Made by a program: the position numbers and the translations under genes
Origin: Clostridia bacterium
GTDB taxonomy: Bacteria > Bacillota > Clostridia > TANB77 > CAG-465
Assembly (NCBI GenBank): GCA_045536565.1
Contig: JAZSNU010000003.1
Coordinates: forward strand, 38,994-70,993
Direction of reading: 5' to 3'
DNA length: 32,000 nt
The notes under the pieces: generated by a model
Database searches by the model: none
What the model was told of the DNA's origin: nothing
The model's input: the letters and a program-made list of their open reading frames with translations, nothing else
In this document: one piece after another, positions 1-7,527 of the stretch
How the letters are laid out: the number at the start of each line of letters is the position of its first letter
Numbering within the stretch: the stretch's first letter is position 1

Positions 1-633
1 CGTGATTTTTCAAATAGTTATAACTATAACAAGTATCAAAAAATGGGGAGAATAGATACTTACCAAAAAGAAAGTATATACAAAAAACCGGGTGTTATTA
101 TGCATTTAGATGGGGACAAGGAATATGCTATAAAATGTAAAGAAACATATAGAAAAATGGGTCTTACAGCACATGCATATCATGTAAAGGAATCAGAACA
201 ACCTAAGTATGTATATAATTTACTAACAAGAATTAGACCGAATATTCTCGTAATGACAGGTCATGATGCGTTTATTCGTAAGAGAAACGATATATATAAT
301 ATAGATAATTACAAAAATTCAAGGTATTTTGTTGAAGCAGTATTAGAGGCAAGAAGATATGAACACAATCTTGATAATTTAGTTATATTTGCTGGAGCAT
401 GTCAGTCATATTATGAAGCAATACTAAGTGCAGGTGCGAACTTTGCAAGTGCTCCTAAAAGAGTACTTATCGACATGCTTGATCCAATAATTGTTGCAGA
501 ATCAGTTGCATATACACCAGTAGATAAATTTGTGCCACTTGCTTCTATTATCTCGAATACCAGAGAAGGATTAAAAGGTATAGGTGGAGTACAAACAAGA
601 GGTCAATATAGAGAGGGAATGCCAGGATTATAA
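1..633 (+). CDS. yabG: Sporulation-specific peptidase YabG (U57 family), C-terminal part; 5' end lies outside the window
   Basis: The frame is open from nt 1, with no stop before the ATG at 43. The translation carries blocks I recognise from Bacillus subtilis YabG: HLDGD, ILVMTGHDAF, LVIFAGACQSYYEAILSAGANFASAP, LDP, GIGGVQTRG. Confidence 0.85.
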   Translation, partial: RDFSNSYNYNKYQKMGRIDTYQKESIYKKPGVIMHLDGDKEYAIKCKETYRKMGLTAHAYHVKESEQPKYVYNLLTRIRPNILVMTGHDAFIRKRNDIYNIDNYKNSRYFVEAVLEARRYEHNLDNLVIFAGACQSYYEAILSAGANFASAPKRVLIDMLDPIIVAESVAYTPVDKFVPLASIISNTREGLKGIGGVQTRGQYREGMPGL

Positions 634-742
634 AAAGTATGGTTGAAAAAATCATATATTTATGTTAATATATATGTATAGGAAGTGTGTAATAATATAT
701 TAATATATCAATTAGTTATCATTATTTTAATAAAGAAGGTGA

Positions 743-1120
743 ATGAATATGGGAAAGATTTATAGTCCTGGCGATATTGTGTTTTTTAAGAATGTGAAAT
801 TAATTCAATATAATGGTTTAAAAGTGCTAGATACTAGAATTAATGGTCATCCATATATAATATTAAATGATGTGGATGATTTTGGTGAAGTAGCATTTTG
901 TTTGATTTGTTCATCAAATGAAAAGAATAAACGGAGAAAGAACCATATTCATATTAAGAAAGCAAAAGTTAGAGGCGATAAAACCAGAGAAACATATGTA
1001 AATATAGAAAATGTATATAAATTTGAAATTGATAAAGTTATTGCGCCAGTAGGACGAGTATCCAATATAGTTTTAAATGAATTAAAAGAGAAGGTAAAAA
1101 AGAAGAATTATTTTAATTAA
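743..1120 (+). CDS. Hypothetical 125-aa protein; possible PemK/MazF-like SH3-barrel toxin fold, no partner gene
   Basis: The ORF has an SD (GAAGGTGA at 735-742); the start may be the ATG at 749. The N-terminus (YSPGDIVFF ... GHPYIILND) resembles the GDIV...RP.VVLS pattern of PemK/MazF toxins. A strong terminator follows. Confidence 0.45.
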   Translation: MNMGKIYSPGDIVFFKNVKLIQYNGLKVLDTRINGHPYIILNDVDDFGEVAFCLICSSNEKNKRRKNHIHIKKAKVRGDKTRETYVNIENVYKFEIDKVIAPVGRVSNIVLNELKEKVKKKNYFN

Positions 1121-1146
1121 TATTAATATTGATATTACACACACCA

Positions 1147-1186
1147 CCACTGAATATTATTTAATATTCGGTGGCTATTTTTTTTA
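1147..1186 (+). terminator. Rho-independent terminator
   Basis: A 12-bp stem (1147-1158 / 1163-1174, one G-U pair) is followed by a T-run ending at 1186. Confidence 0.8.
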
Positions 1187-1213
1187 TATGGTATGAATTA
1201 AAAAATAATAGAT

Positions 1214-1242
1214 TTGACACTAAAATAACAGAATGATATAAT
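1214..1242 (+). promoter_or_regulatory. Consensus sigma-A promoter of the ABC transporter operon
   Basis: TTGACA (1214-1219), 17-nt spacer, TATAAT (1237-1242). Confidence 0.7.
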
Positions 1243-1298
1243 TTGCTATACATTTGCTAAGAAAAAATATATAATAAATAAAAAGAAAGGAAGATAAT

Positions 1299-2132
1299 AT
1301 GCTAGAGGTTAAAAATGTAAGAAAAAAATTTGCAGAAGTTGTAGCGGTAGATGATGTAAGTTTTAATTTGCAAAAGGGAAAAATACTAGGACTTCTTGGG
1401 AAAAATGGAGCAGGTAAGTCAACAATATTTAGAATTATACTTGGAATATTAGAAGCGGATAATGGACAAGTGTTAATAGATGGCAAAAAATACAGCATAA
1501 AAGATAGTAAGAAGATTGGCTTTTTGCCAGAAGAGGGGAGTTTGTCACAAGAGTTAACAGTATATGAACAATTATGCTTTTACGGCAGTCTTAAAGGTAT
1601 GTCAAATGAAGAAGTATTGGAAAGTTTAAGTAAATGGCTTGTAAAATTTGACATAGTAGAATATATGAATAGAAAGATAAAGGAATTAAGTAAAGGAAAT
1701 AGACAGAGAATACAATTTATTGTTTCTATATTGCACAACCCAGACTTAATAATACTAGATGAGCCTTTTTCTGGACTTGATCCGTTAGGTGTTGAAATGT
1801 TTAAAGAAATACTACTTGAATTAAAAAGAGAAGGAAAAGCAATAATATTTTCTTCACATAGAATGGAACATGTTGAGATGTTTTGTGATGATATACTATT
1901 AATAGATAAAGGGAAAACACTTTGTTATGGAGATTTATTAGATATTAAGAAAAACTATTCTAAACAAAAAGTTATATATATGGAAAATGGTATAAAAAAA
2001 GAAGTCGTGATATCAAAAGAAAAGGTAGAAGAGTATATAGCAGGTGTGGATAACAAAGATAGTATAAAAGTAGAAACATTATCTTTAAATGATATATTCA
2101 TAGATAAGGTAGGTGCACATGATGATAAATAA
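1299..2132 (+). CDS. ABC transporter ATP-binding protein (ABC-2/NatA-YhaQ type)
   Basis: Walker A GKNGAGKST, signature LSKGNRQR, Walker B LIILDEPFSGLD, H-loop SSHRM. The ORF overlaps the start of the downstream permease. Confidence 0.9.
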   Translation: MLEVKNVRKKFAEVVAVDDVSFNLQKGKILGLLGKNGAGKSTIFRIILGILEADNGQVLIDGKKYSIKDSKKIGFLPEEGSLSQELTVYEQLCFYGSLKGMSNEEVLESLSKWLVKFDIVEYMNRKIKELSKGNRQRIQFIVSILHNPDLIILDEPFSGLDPLGVEMFKEILLELKREGKAIIFSSHRMEHVEMFCDDILLIDKGKTLCYGDLLDIKKNYSKQKVIYMENGIKKEVVISKEKVEEYIAGVDNKDSIKVETLSLNDIFIDKVGAHDDK

Positions 2133-4302
2133 AAATAGTATGAACATAGCAAAATTTAGTTTCATAAATGCTATTAAGAGCAAAGGTTTCATAATATACA
2201 ACGCAATACTGTTAGTAGTTATACTTATTGCAACAAACTTCACGACTGTAAAAGATATTTTCCAAAGCCATGACATGTTTAAAGGTACAATATATAATGT
2301 AAAGGTGATAGATGAACAAGGATATATTTATGAAACATTAGAAGAATCTCTTAATGTGGAAAATGTGGACAAGGTAGAAAAAATTTCTAATATTAACGAA
2401 TATTCAGAAGAAGATATTAAAAAAGATGAAATAGTTGTTAAGGTGTTAGAAAAAGATTCGGAAAAATACTTGCAAATAGTATCAAAAGAATCATTAGATG
2501 GGAAAATGTATACACTTATTTCATCTGCATTAAAAGAAGTAAGAAATCATGAGATAGAAACCAAATATGGTATTTCAGCAGAAGACATTGAAAAATACAA
2601 TTCGGATGTGTATATAGAAAAGAAAATATTAGATACAGATAGTGTTGTAAATAGCGACTATTATCTAATAAAAACTATAATGATTATGATTATATATAGT
2701 TTGATTGTTTTTGGAACGTCAGCGGTTGCATCACAAATTGCAAATGAGAAAACTTCAAAAAGTGCAGAGTATATATTTACATCAGTATCAGCAAAAGATT
2801 ATTTAAACGGAAAAGTAATAGGTGCTAATTTAAAGACAATAGCAAATATGGCTTTTATGGTTCTATATCTATTATTAGGACTTTTAGTAAACTCTGCTAT
2901 TATACAAATATTTGGAGTAAATCCAGTGCAGAATGTAAGTCCAGAAACAACTCAAATGGCTAGTATGATATTTAATATAGATCCACTTGTAATAAAATAT
3001 GTGGTGTTATCATTTGTATATATATTACTTACATCAACACTGCTTTCATATATACAAGCTGCAATGACAGCTAAGGTAAAAAGCATAAATGAAATGGATA
3101 ATTCTCAATCTATTACCCTTACTCTTATTATAATTGCATATGTTGTATCATTTACAACATCAGAGTTTAATAACATATTTACTAAAATAATAGGTAATAT
3201 ACCTGTGTTTTCGATGTTTGCAATGCCGTCTAATTATATAAATGGTGTAACAAGTATTTGGGAAGTAGTATTATCAATTGCAATATTAGTAATATCTATC
3301 GTTATAGCAATGAAAGTAGTAAGTAAAAACTTCAAACAAGATATTCTTGATTTAGGACCAAGAAAAGAAGAAAAAAGAGATGAAAATCTTGAAATAATGG
3401 AAGAAGAATTAAATAAAGTTAAAAAGAACAATACTAAAAGCTTTGCAACTGGCGTGTCGCTTGCACTACTTATGGTTATATTAATACAATCTGTTTTAGG
3501 AGTAGCTATATCATTTTTAATGCCAAATTTAAGACCAAATCAAAATACAGTAGCTATGTCCATAATATTTATATTATCATTCTTAATACCAATTGTAACA
3601 TTAAAAGGTATACTTAATATATCATATAACAAAAAGAATAAAGAAGAAAAGAAGGATATTAAAAAAATATTACTATGGACGATAATGGCAATTCCTGTTA
3701 TGTACTTATCTACATATATTGTTGAACTTGTAATATCAAAGATGGATATGAATCCAACAATGTTAGAAAACGCATTAGTTTTTGATAAGAGTTTATTAGG
3801 AGCTATATTATTCTTTATAGAAATTGCAATATTACCCGCGATATTTGAAGAACTATTATTTAGAAAAGTAATGTTAGATGGTGCTAAAAAGTATGGCACG
3901 GTATTTGGGATTATATTTACAGCTGTTATGTTTGGCTTAATACATATGAATGTGCCACAAGCAATAAATGCTTTTCTTATAGGGTTAATATTTGCGTATT
4001 TAACAATAAAAACAGGTAGTATAATTCCTGCGATGATATTACATTTATTAAATAATGGCACACAAGCGTTATTTATGATAAATGAAGGTAATATACTAGC
4101 ATGTAATATAATATCATATGTAGATATATCACTTGTTGTTATAGGGGGATTACTTCTTGTATATAACATATTAAAAAATAAGAAAGTATTTAATATTGAG
4201 AATATAACAAAATCAGATATAACAATAAAAGGAATACTATCAAACTATTATATGATTGTATTTATAATATTTGTAATGGTTATGTTTAAAGTTCAAATGT
4301 AG
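2113..4302 (+). CDS. Fusion membrane protein: N-terminal ABC-2 type permease plus C-terminal CPBP (CAAX/Abi) intramembrane glutamic protease domain
   Basis: The 729-aa polytopic protein has a hydrophobic N-terminal half typical of an ABC-2 permease. A charged linker (KEEKRDENLEIMEEELNK) joins it to a C-terminal half with the three CPBP motifs: FEELLFRKV (EExxxR), MFGLIHMN (FxxxH) and ILHLLNNG (HxxxN). The ORF begins at GTG 2113; ATG 2119 or 2122 after AAGGTAGG is the more likely start. Confidence 0.8.
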   Translation: MHMMINKNSMNIAKFSFINAIKSKGFIIYNAILLVVILIATNFTTVKDIFQSHDMFKGTIYNVKVIDEQGYIYETLEESLNVENVDKVEKISNINEYSEEDIKKDEIVVKVLEKDSEKYLQIVSKESLDGKMYTLISSALKEVRNHEIETKYGISAEDIEKYNSDVYIEKKILDTDSVVNSDYYLIKTIMIMIIYSLIVFGTSAVASQIANEKTSKSAEYIFTSVSAKDYLNGKVIGANLKTIANMAFMVLYLLLGLLVNSAIIQIFGVNPVQNVSPETTQMASMIFNIDPLVIKYVVLSFVYILLTSTLLSYIQAAMTAKVKSINEMDNSQSITLTLIIIAYVVSFTTSEFNNIFTKIIGNIPVFSMFAMPSNYINGVTSIWEVVLSIAILVISIVIAMKVVSKNFKQDILDLGPRKEEKRDENLEIMEEELNKVKKNNTKSFATGVSLALLMVILIQSVLGVAISFLMPNLRPNQNTVAMSIIFILSFLIPIVTLKGILNISYNKKNKEEKKDIKKILLWTIMAIPVMYLSTYIVELVISKMDMNPTMLENALVFDKSLLGAILFFIEIAILPAIFEELLFRKVMLDGAKKYGTVFGIIFTAVMFGLIHMNVPQAINAFLIGLIFAYLTIKTGSIIPAMILHLLNNGTQALFMINEGNILACNIISYVDISLVVIGGLLLVYNILKNKKVFNIENITKSDITIKGILSNYYMIVFIIFVMVMFKVQM

Positions 4303-4308
4303 AATACA

Positions 4309-4343
4309 AAAAGAGATTAAACTGTAATAAGTTTAATCTCTTT
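4309..4343. terminator. Shared hairpin terminator between convergent genes (better U-run on the minus strand, i.e. for rpsT)
   Basis: 13-bp perfect stem aaagagattaaac / gtttaatctcttt. The minus-strand reading is followed by TTTTTGTATT. Confidence 0.7.
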
Positions 4344-4347
4344 AAAA

Positions 4348-4602
4348 TTATTTGCTTAATTTTTTAGCCATATTAGCGATCTTTCTAGATGCAGTATTTC
4401 TTTTTAATACACCTTTTGACCATGCTTTATCAACGGCACTAGATGCAGCTGTAAATAATTCATTAGCTTTTTTGTCACCGCTTTCAATAGCAGCTTCAAA
4501 TGCTTTAACAGCTTCTCTATATTCTCTTTTTATTTTTCTGTTTTCAAGAGCTTTTGTATCGTTAACTTTTACTCTTTTCTTTGCTGATTTAATGTTAGGC
4601 AA
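4348..4602 (-). CDS. rpsT: 30S ribosomal protein S20
   Basis: The translation (M)PNIKSAKKRVKV... matches the canonical S20 N-terminus. The likely start is TTG at 4602, 8 nt after AAGGAGG. The ORF track extends to GTG 4611, which overlaps the SD. Confidence 0.9.
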   Translation of the reverse strand: MPNIKSAKKRVKVNDTKALENRKIKREYREAVKAFEAAIESGDKKANELFTAASSAVDKAWSKGVLKRNTASRKIANMAKKLSK

Positions 4603-4848
4603 TGTTTGCACCTCCTTAAGTAATCATAAAGTCATTTTTTACATCCGTTATTTTAACACATGTTTTTTTGAAAATCAAGTAATATTACATAATTTGTTGT
4701 TACTTGGGGTGAAATAATTACAAAAACCACAATTTTTTACAAAATTATTTACTTTTAAATGGTGCCGTGATATTATTGGGTAGAAGTAAAAATAGATAAG
4801 GGCAATAATAAATTTAAGCTACAATAAACTAATTAGGAGGTAAATAAT

Positions 4849-5550
4849 ATGAAAGATAGCAAAATAATTGTTATTGAAGGTACAGATGGTAGCGGAAAAC
4901 AAACTCAAACAAAACTACTCATGGAAAGACTTAAAAAAGAAGGCTATGATGTATACACTACTTCTTTTCCAAATTATGATGGTGATTCATCAGCGCTTGT
5001 AAAAATGTATTTGGCGGGTAATATAACTCCTGATGCAAATGGAGTAAGCGCAAAGGCTGCATCTATATTTTATGCAGCAGATAGATATATAACATACAAG
5101 CAGCAAATCGAGAAAGAATATCATGAAGGAAAGACAATGGTATTTGATAGATATGTCGGATCAAATATTATTCATCAAGGCTCAAAAATCATATCTGAGT
5201 TATCTGACGAGGATGAGAAAAAAGAAAAATTACAGCAGTTCATATCTTGGCTTGATAATTTAGAACATAATGATTTTGGAATTCCAAGAGCAGATGTTAC
5301 TATTTATCTAAGAGTACCAGTCGAATACACAATAAAACTAAGAGAAGGCAGAAATAACAAATTTACCGGAGGTGAAAAACAAGATATACATGAAGCAGAT
5401 ACAAATCATTTAAAGAATGCGGGAATGTCAGGCATGATGGCAGCAGATATGCTAGGTTGGAATGTTGTAGAATGTGTAAAAGACGATTCTATGAGAACAA
5501 TCGAAGATATTGCAGAGGAAGTATATACTATTGTAAAAAATAAAATATAA
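4849..5550 (+). CDS. tmk: Thymidylate kinase-family P-loop kinase (dTMP kinase-like, long form)
   Basis: P-loop IEGTDGSGKQTQ, a DRY-type motif FDRYVGSNIIHQG, and AGGAGG 7 nt upstream of the ATG. The gene heads a cluster with thyA and folA. Confidence 0.6.
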   Translation: MKDSKIIVIEGTDGSGKQTQTKLLMERLKKEGYDVYTTSFPNYDGDSSALVKMYLAGNITPDANGVSAKAASIFYAADRYITYKQQIEKEYHEGKTMVFDRYVGSNIIHQGSKIISELSDEDEKKEKLQQFISWLDNLEHNDFGIPRADVTIYLRVPVEYTIKLREGRNNKFTGGEKQDIHEADTNHLKNAGMSGMMAADMLGWNVVECVKDDSMRTIEDIAEEVYTIVKNKI

Positions 5551-5566
5551 ACAGGAGGAATTAAAA

Positions 5567-6424
5567 ATGGCAAAATGGGATAACATGTATTTAGATTTGT
5601 GCGAAAAGATTTTAAATGAAGGAGAACTTCATCATAATCGTACAGGAGATGACACATTAAGAATTCTTGGACATACTTTTGAGTTTGATTTATCAGAGGA
5701 ATTTCCTATTCTTACTGTAAAACAGGTTGGTATTAAAGGCCCTGTTATTGAACTTCTTTGGATTTATCAAGCACATAGTAATGATGTATCATGGCTTCGT
5801 GATAGAGGCGTTACTATATGGGATGAATGGGAAGTAGATAGTGACGGTGTGTATAGACAGGATGGCTCAAATAGAATGATAGGAAAAGAATTTGCAGGAA
5901 CAATAGGTACAGCATATGGTTATGTGACTGGTAAGTTCGGTTGGCCTGAAAAGAATATTGAGGAGATAAAAAATAATCCAAATAGCAGAAGAAATATAAT
6001 TGATCTTTGGCAACCTCAATATTTTGATACGGCGGTGCTTCCACCATGTGTATATGGTAGCCAGTTTATAGTAAGCGGTGATACTCTTCATATAAGAGTA
6101 ACACAAAGATCTTGTGATGTAGGCTTGGGCCTTCCATATAATGTTACGCAGTATGCGGCGTTATGCTGTATGATTGCGCAAGTAACAGGTTTAAAACCTG
6201 GTAAGATGCTTTATCAGATTACAGATACTCATATTTACTGTAAGCATATTCCTGCAATTAAAGAACTTATATCAAGAAGAGATAAAGCAATGCTTGCACC
6301 TAAACTTTGGCTTAATCCTGAAATTGATGATTTCTTTAAATTTGATAATTCAAAAGAACTTAAAGATATTAAGCTTATAGGATATGAACATTTAGGTAAA
6401 GTACCTATGGAAGTATCTATCTAA
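5567..6424 (+). CDS. thyA: Thymidylate synthase (ThyA type)
   Basis: NRTGDDTL, ELLWIYQ, catalytic-Cys region LPPCVYGSQF, and RSCDVGLGLPYNV are classic ThyA blocks. Confidence 0.93.
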   Translation: MAKWDNMYLDLCEKILNEGELHHNRTGDDTLRILGHTFEFDLSEEFPILTVKQVGIKGPVIELLWIYQAHSNDVSWLRDRGVTIWDEWEVDSDGVYRQDGSNRMIGKEFAGTIGTAYGYVTGKFGWPEKNIEEIKNNPNSRRNIIDLWQPQYFDTAVLPPCVYGSQFIVSGDTLHIRVTQRSCDVGLGLPYNVTQYAALCCMIAQVTGLKPGKMLYQITDTHIYCKHIPAIKELISRRDKAMLAPKLWLNPEIDDFFKFDNSKELKDIKLIGYEHLGKVPMEVSI

Positions 6425-6436
6425 GGAGGTAATAAT

Positions 6437-6937
6437 ATGGCTATAACAATTATAGCGGCTATTGGTAAAAACAGAGAACTTGGTAAAAAAGGCGACCTTA
6501 TTTGGCATATTCCGGAAGATTTAAAATATTTTAAGGAAAAGACCATGGGGAAAACAATAATAATGGGTAAAAATACTTTTAACTCATTACCTAAACTTTT
6601 GCCAGGTAGAAAACATGTGATTCTTTCAGAAGATGACGACTTTAATAAAGACATTTGTGATTCTATAGTTTTCTATAACAAAGATGATCTTATGGAATAT
6701 ATAAACACAGAACTTAAAGATGAAGATGCATTTATTGTAGGTGGCGCAAGCATGTATACAATGTTTGTTGATATATGTGATAAAATGTACCTTACAAGAA
6801 TAGATGCAGAAGATAAAGAGGCTGATGTGTATTTTCCAAAGTTTAATCCGGGTGATTGGTATGCTGATATGGAAAAAGAATATATATCTAGTGGAATTAG
6901 AGTAAGTCATACCCGTTGGGAAAGAAAGAATAAGTAA
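6437..6937 (+). CDS. folA: Dihydrofolate reductase
   Basis: IIAAIGKNRELGKKGDLIWHIPEDLKYFKEKT, GKNTFNSLP, LPGRKHVILS, VGGASMY. It sits 12 nt after thyA with a GGAGG SD. Confidence 0.9.
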   Translation: MAITIIAAIGKNRELGKKGDLIWHIPEDLKYFKEKTMGKTIIMGKNTFNSLPKLLPGRKHVILSEDDDFNKDICDSIVFYNKDDLMEYINTELKDEDAFIVGGASMYTMFVDICDKMYLTRIDAEDKEADVYFPKFNPGDWYADMEKEYISSGIRVSHTRWERKNK

Positions 6938-6941
6938 TACA

Positions 6942-6983
6942 AAAAGAGATGCTTTAAGTGAAACAAAAGCATCTCTTTTCTTA
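6942..6983. terminator. Bidirectional hairpin terminator after folA
   Basis: 14-bp perfect stem (6942-6955 / 6966-6979). T-rich tracts follow on both strands. Confidence 0.75.
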
Positions 6984-7228
6984 TACAAGTCGTATGTATT
7001 CTGTTTAAAACATACCATCTTAGGTTTAATCTATTAAGATTAAGTTACTCAAAGACTTACTTAAAAGAAGAACGATTTAACAAGGGCGGTTAAACATATT
7101 TGCGGGAAAGGAATAAATCCGCAAATGTCCTTCTTACACTTAGATAGTATACTTATTTTATAACAAAATCAACTACATTTGTGTTAAATGTATATTACAT
7201 AAGTGTTACAAAAACGCTTGGCATATAA

Positions 7229-7254
7229 AAAGTGGTCAAATTCATGACCACTTT
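7229..7254 (-). terminator. Rho-independent terminator closing the RT transcription unit
   Basis: 10-bp perfect stem aaagtggtca / tgaccacttt. On the minus strand the hairpin runs into TTTTTATAT; on the plus strand it is followed by CGAAGG, so it is strand-specific. Confidence 0.7.
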
Positions 7255-7527
7255 CGAAGGCCTAAAATACCTTCTTTTAAATTCTTAAATAGCAATCCGC
7301 CCTGATGAAAAGTTGAGAAGTTTGAGAAGCAAACTTGAAACTTTGAATCAAGGGTAGATTTGGTGTCTTTGCGATAAGAGGTTTTAATTTTTCGCTAACA
7401 AAACTAAAAATATAATTATTCTGGGTGCGAAAAATTACGGACACCAAATTAAAAATAAGTTTTAATAACATTAAAACTAGACATGTTAAAAAATCAAACT
7501 ATAACATGAATAAAATTCGATTGGTAT
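7255..7527 (-). ncRNA. Structured non-coding region 3' of the RT gene; candidate RT-associated template/scaffold RNA (strand inferred)
   Basis: It spans the 273 nt between the RT stop and the terminator. No SD-preceded ORF is present. The region is dense with perfect helices: 9 bp (7458-7466 / 7470-7478), 10 bp (7358-7367 / 7440-7449), an enclosed 11 bp (7385-7395 / 7427-7437), and 7 bp (7318-7324 / 7330-7336). Confidence 0.5.

Noticed and set aside
4352-4717. 121-aa + strand ORF
   Set aside because: It is the antisense shadow of rpsT and extends into the promoter region without an SD.
6626-7018. 130-aa minus-strand ORF overlapping the folA 3' end and terminator
   Set aside because: It overlaps a well-supported DHFR gene and runs through its terminator hairpin. 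No SD is present and the composition is low-complexity.
7277-7471. 64-aa minus-strand ORF in the RT 3' region as an ordinary protein-coding gene
   Set aside because: No Shine-Dalgarno sequence precedes the ATG, which sits inside a 9-bp hairpin. The ORF runs through the nested perfect helices. I kept only the observation that the frame is unexpectedly open (see findings) and did not call it a CDS.
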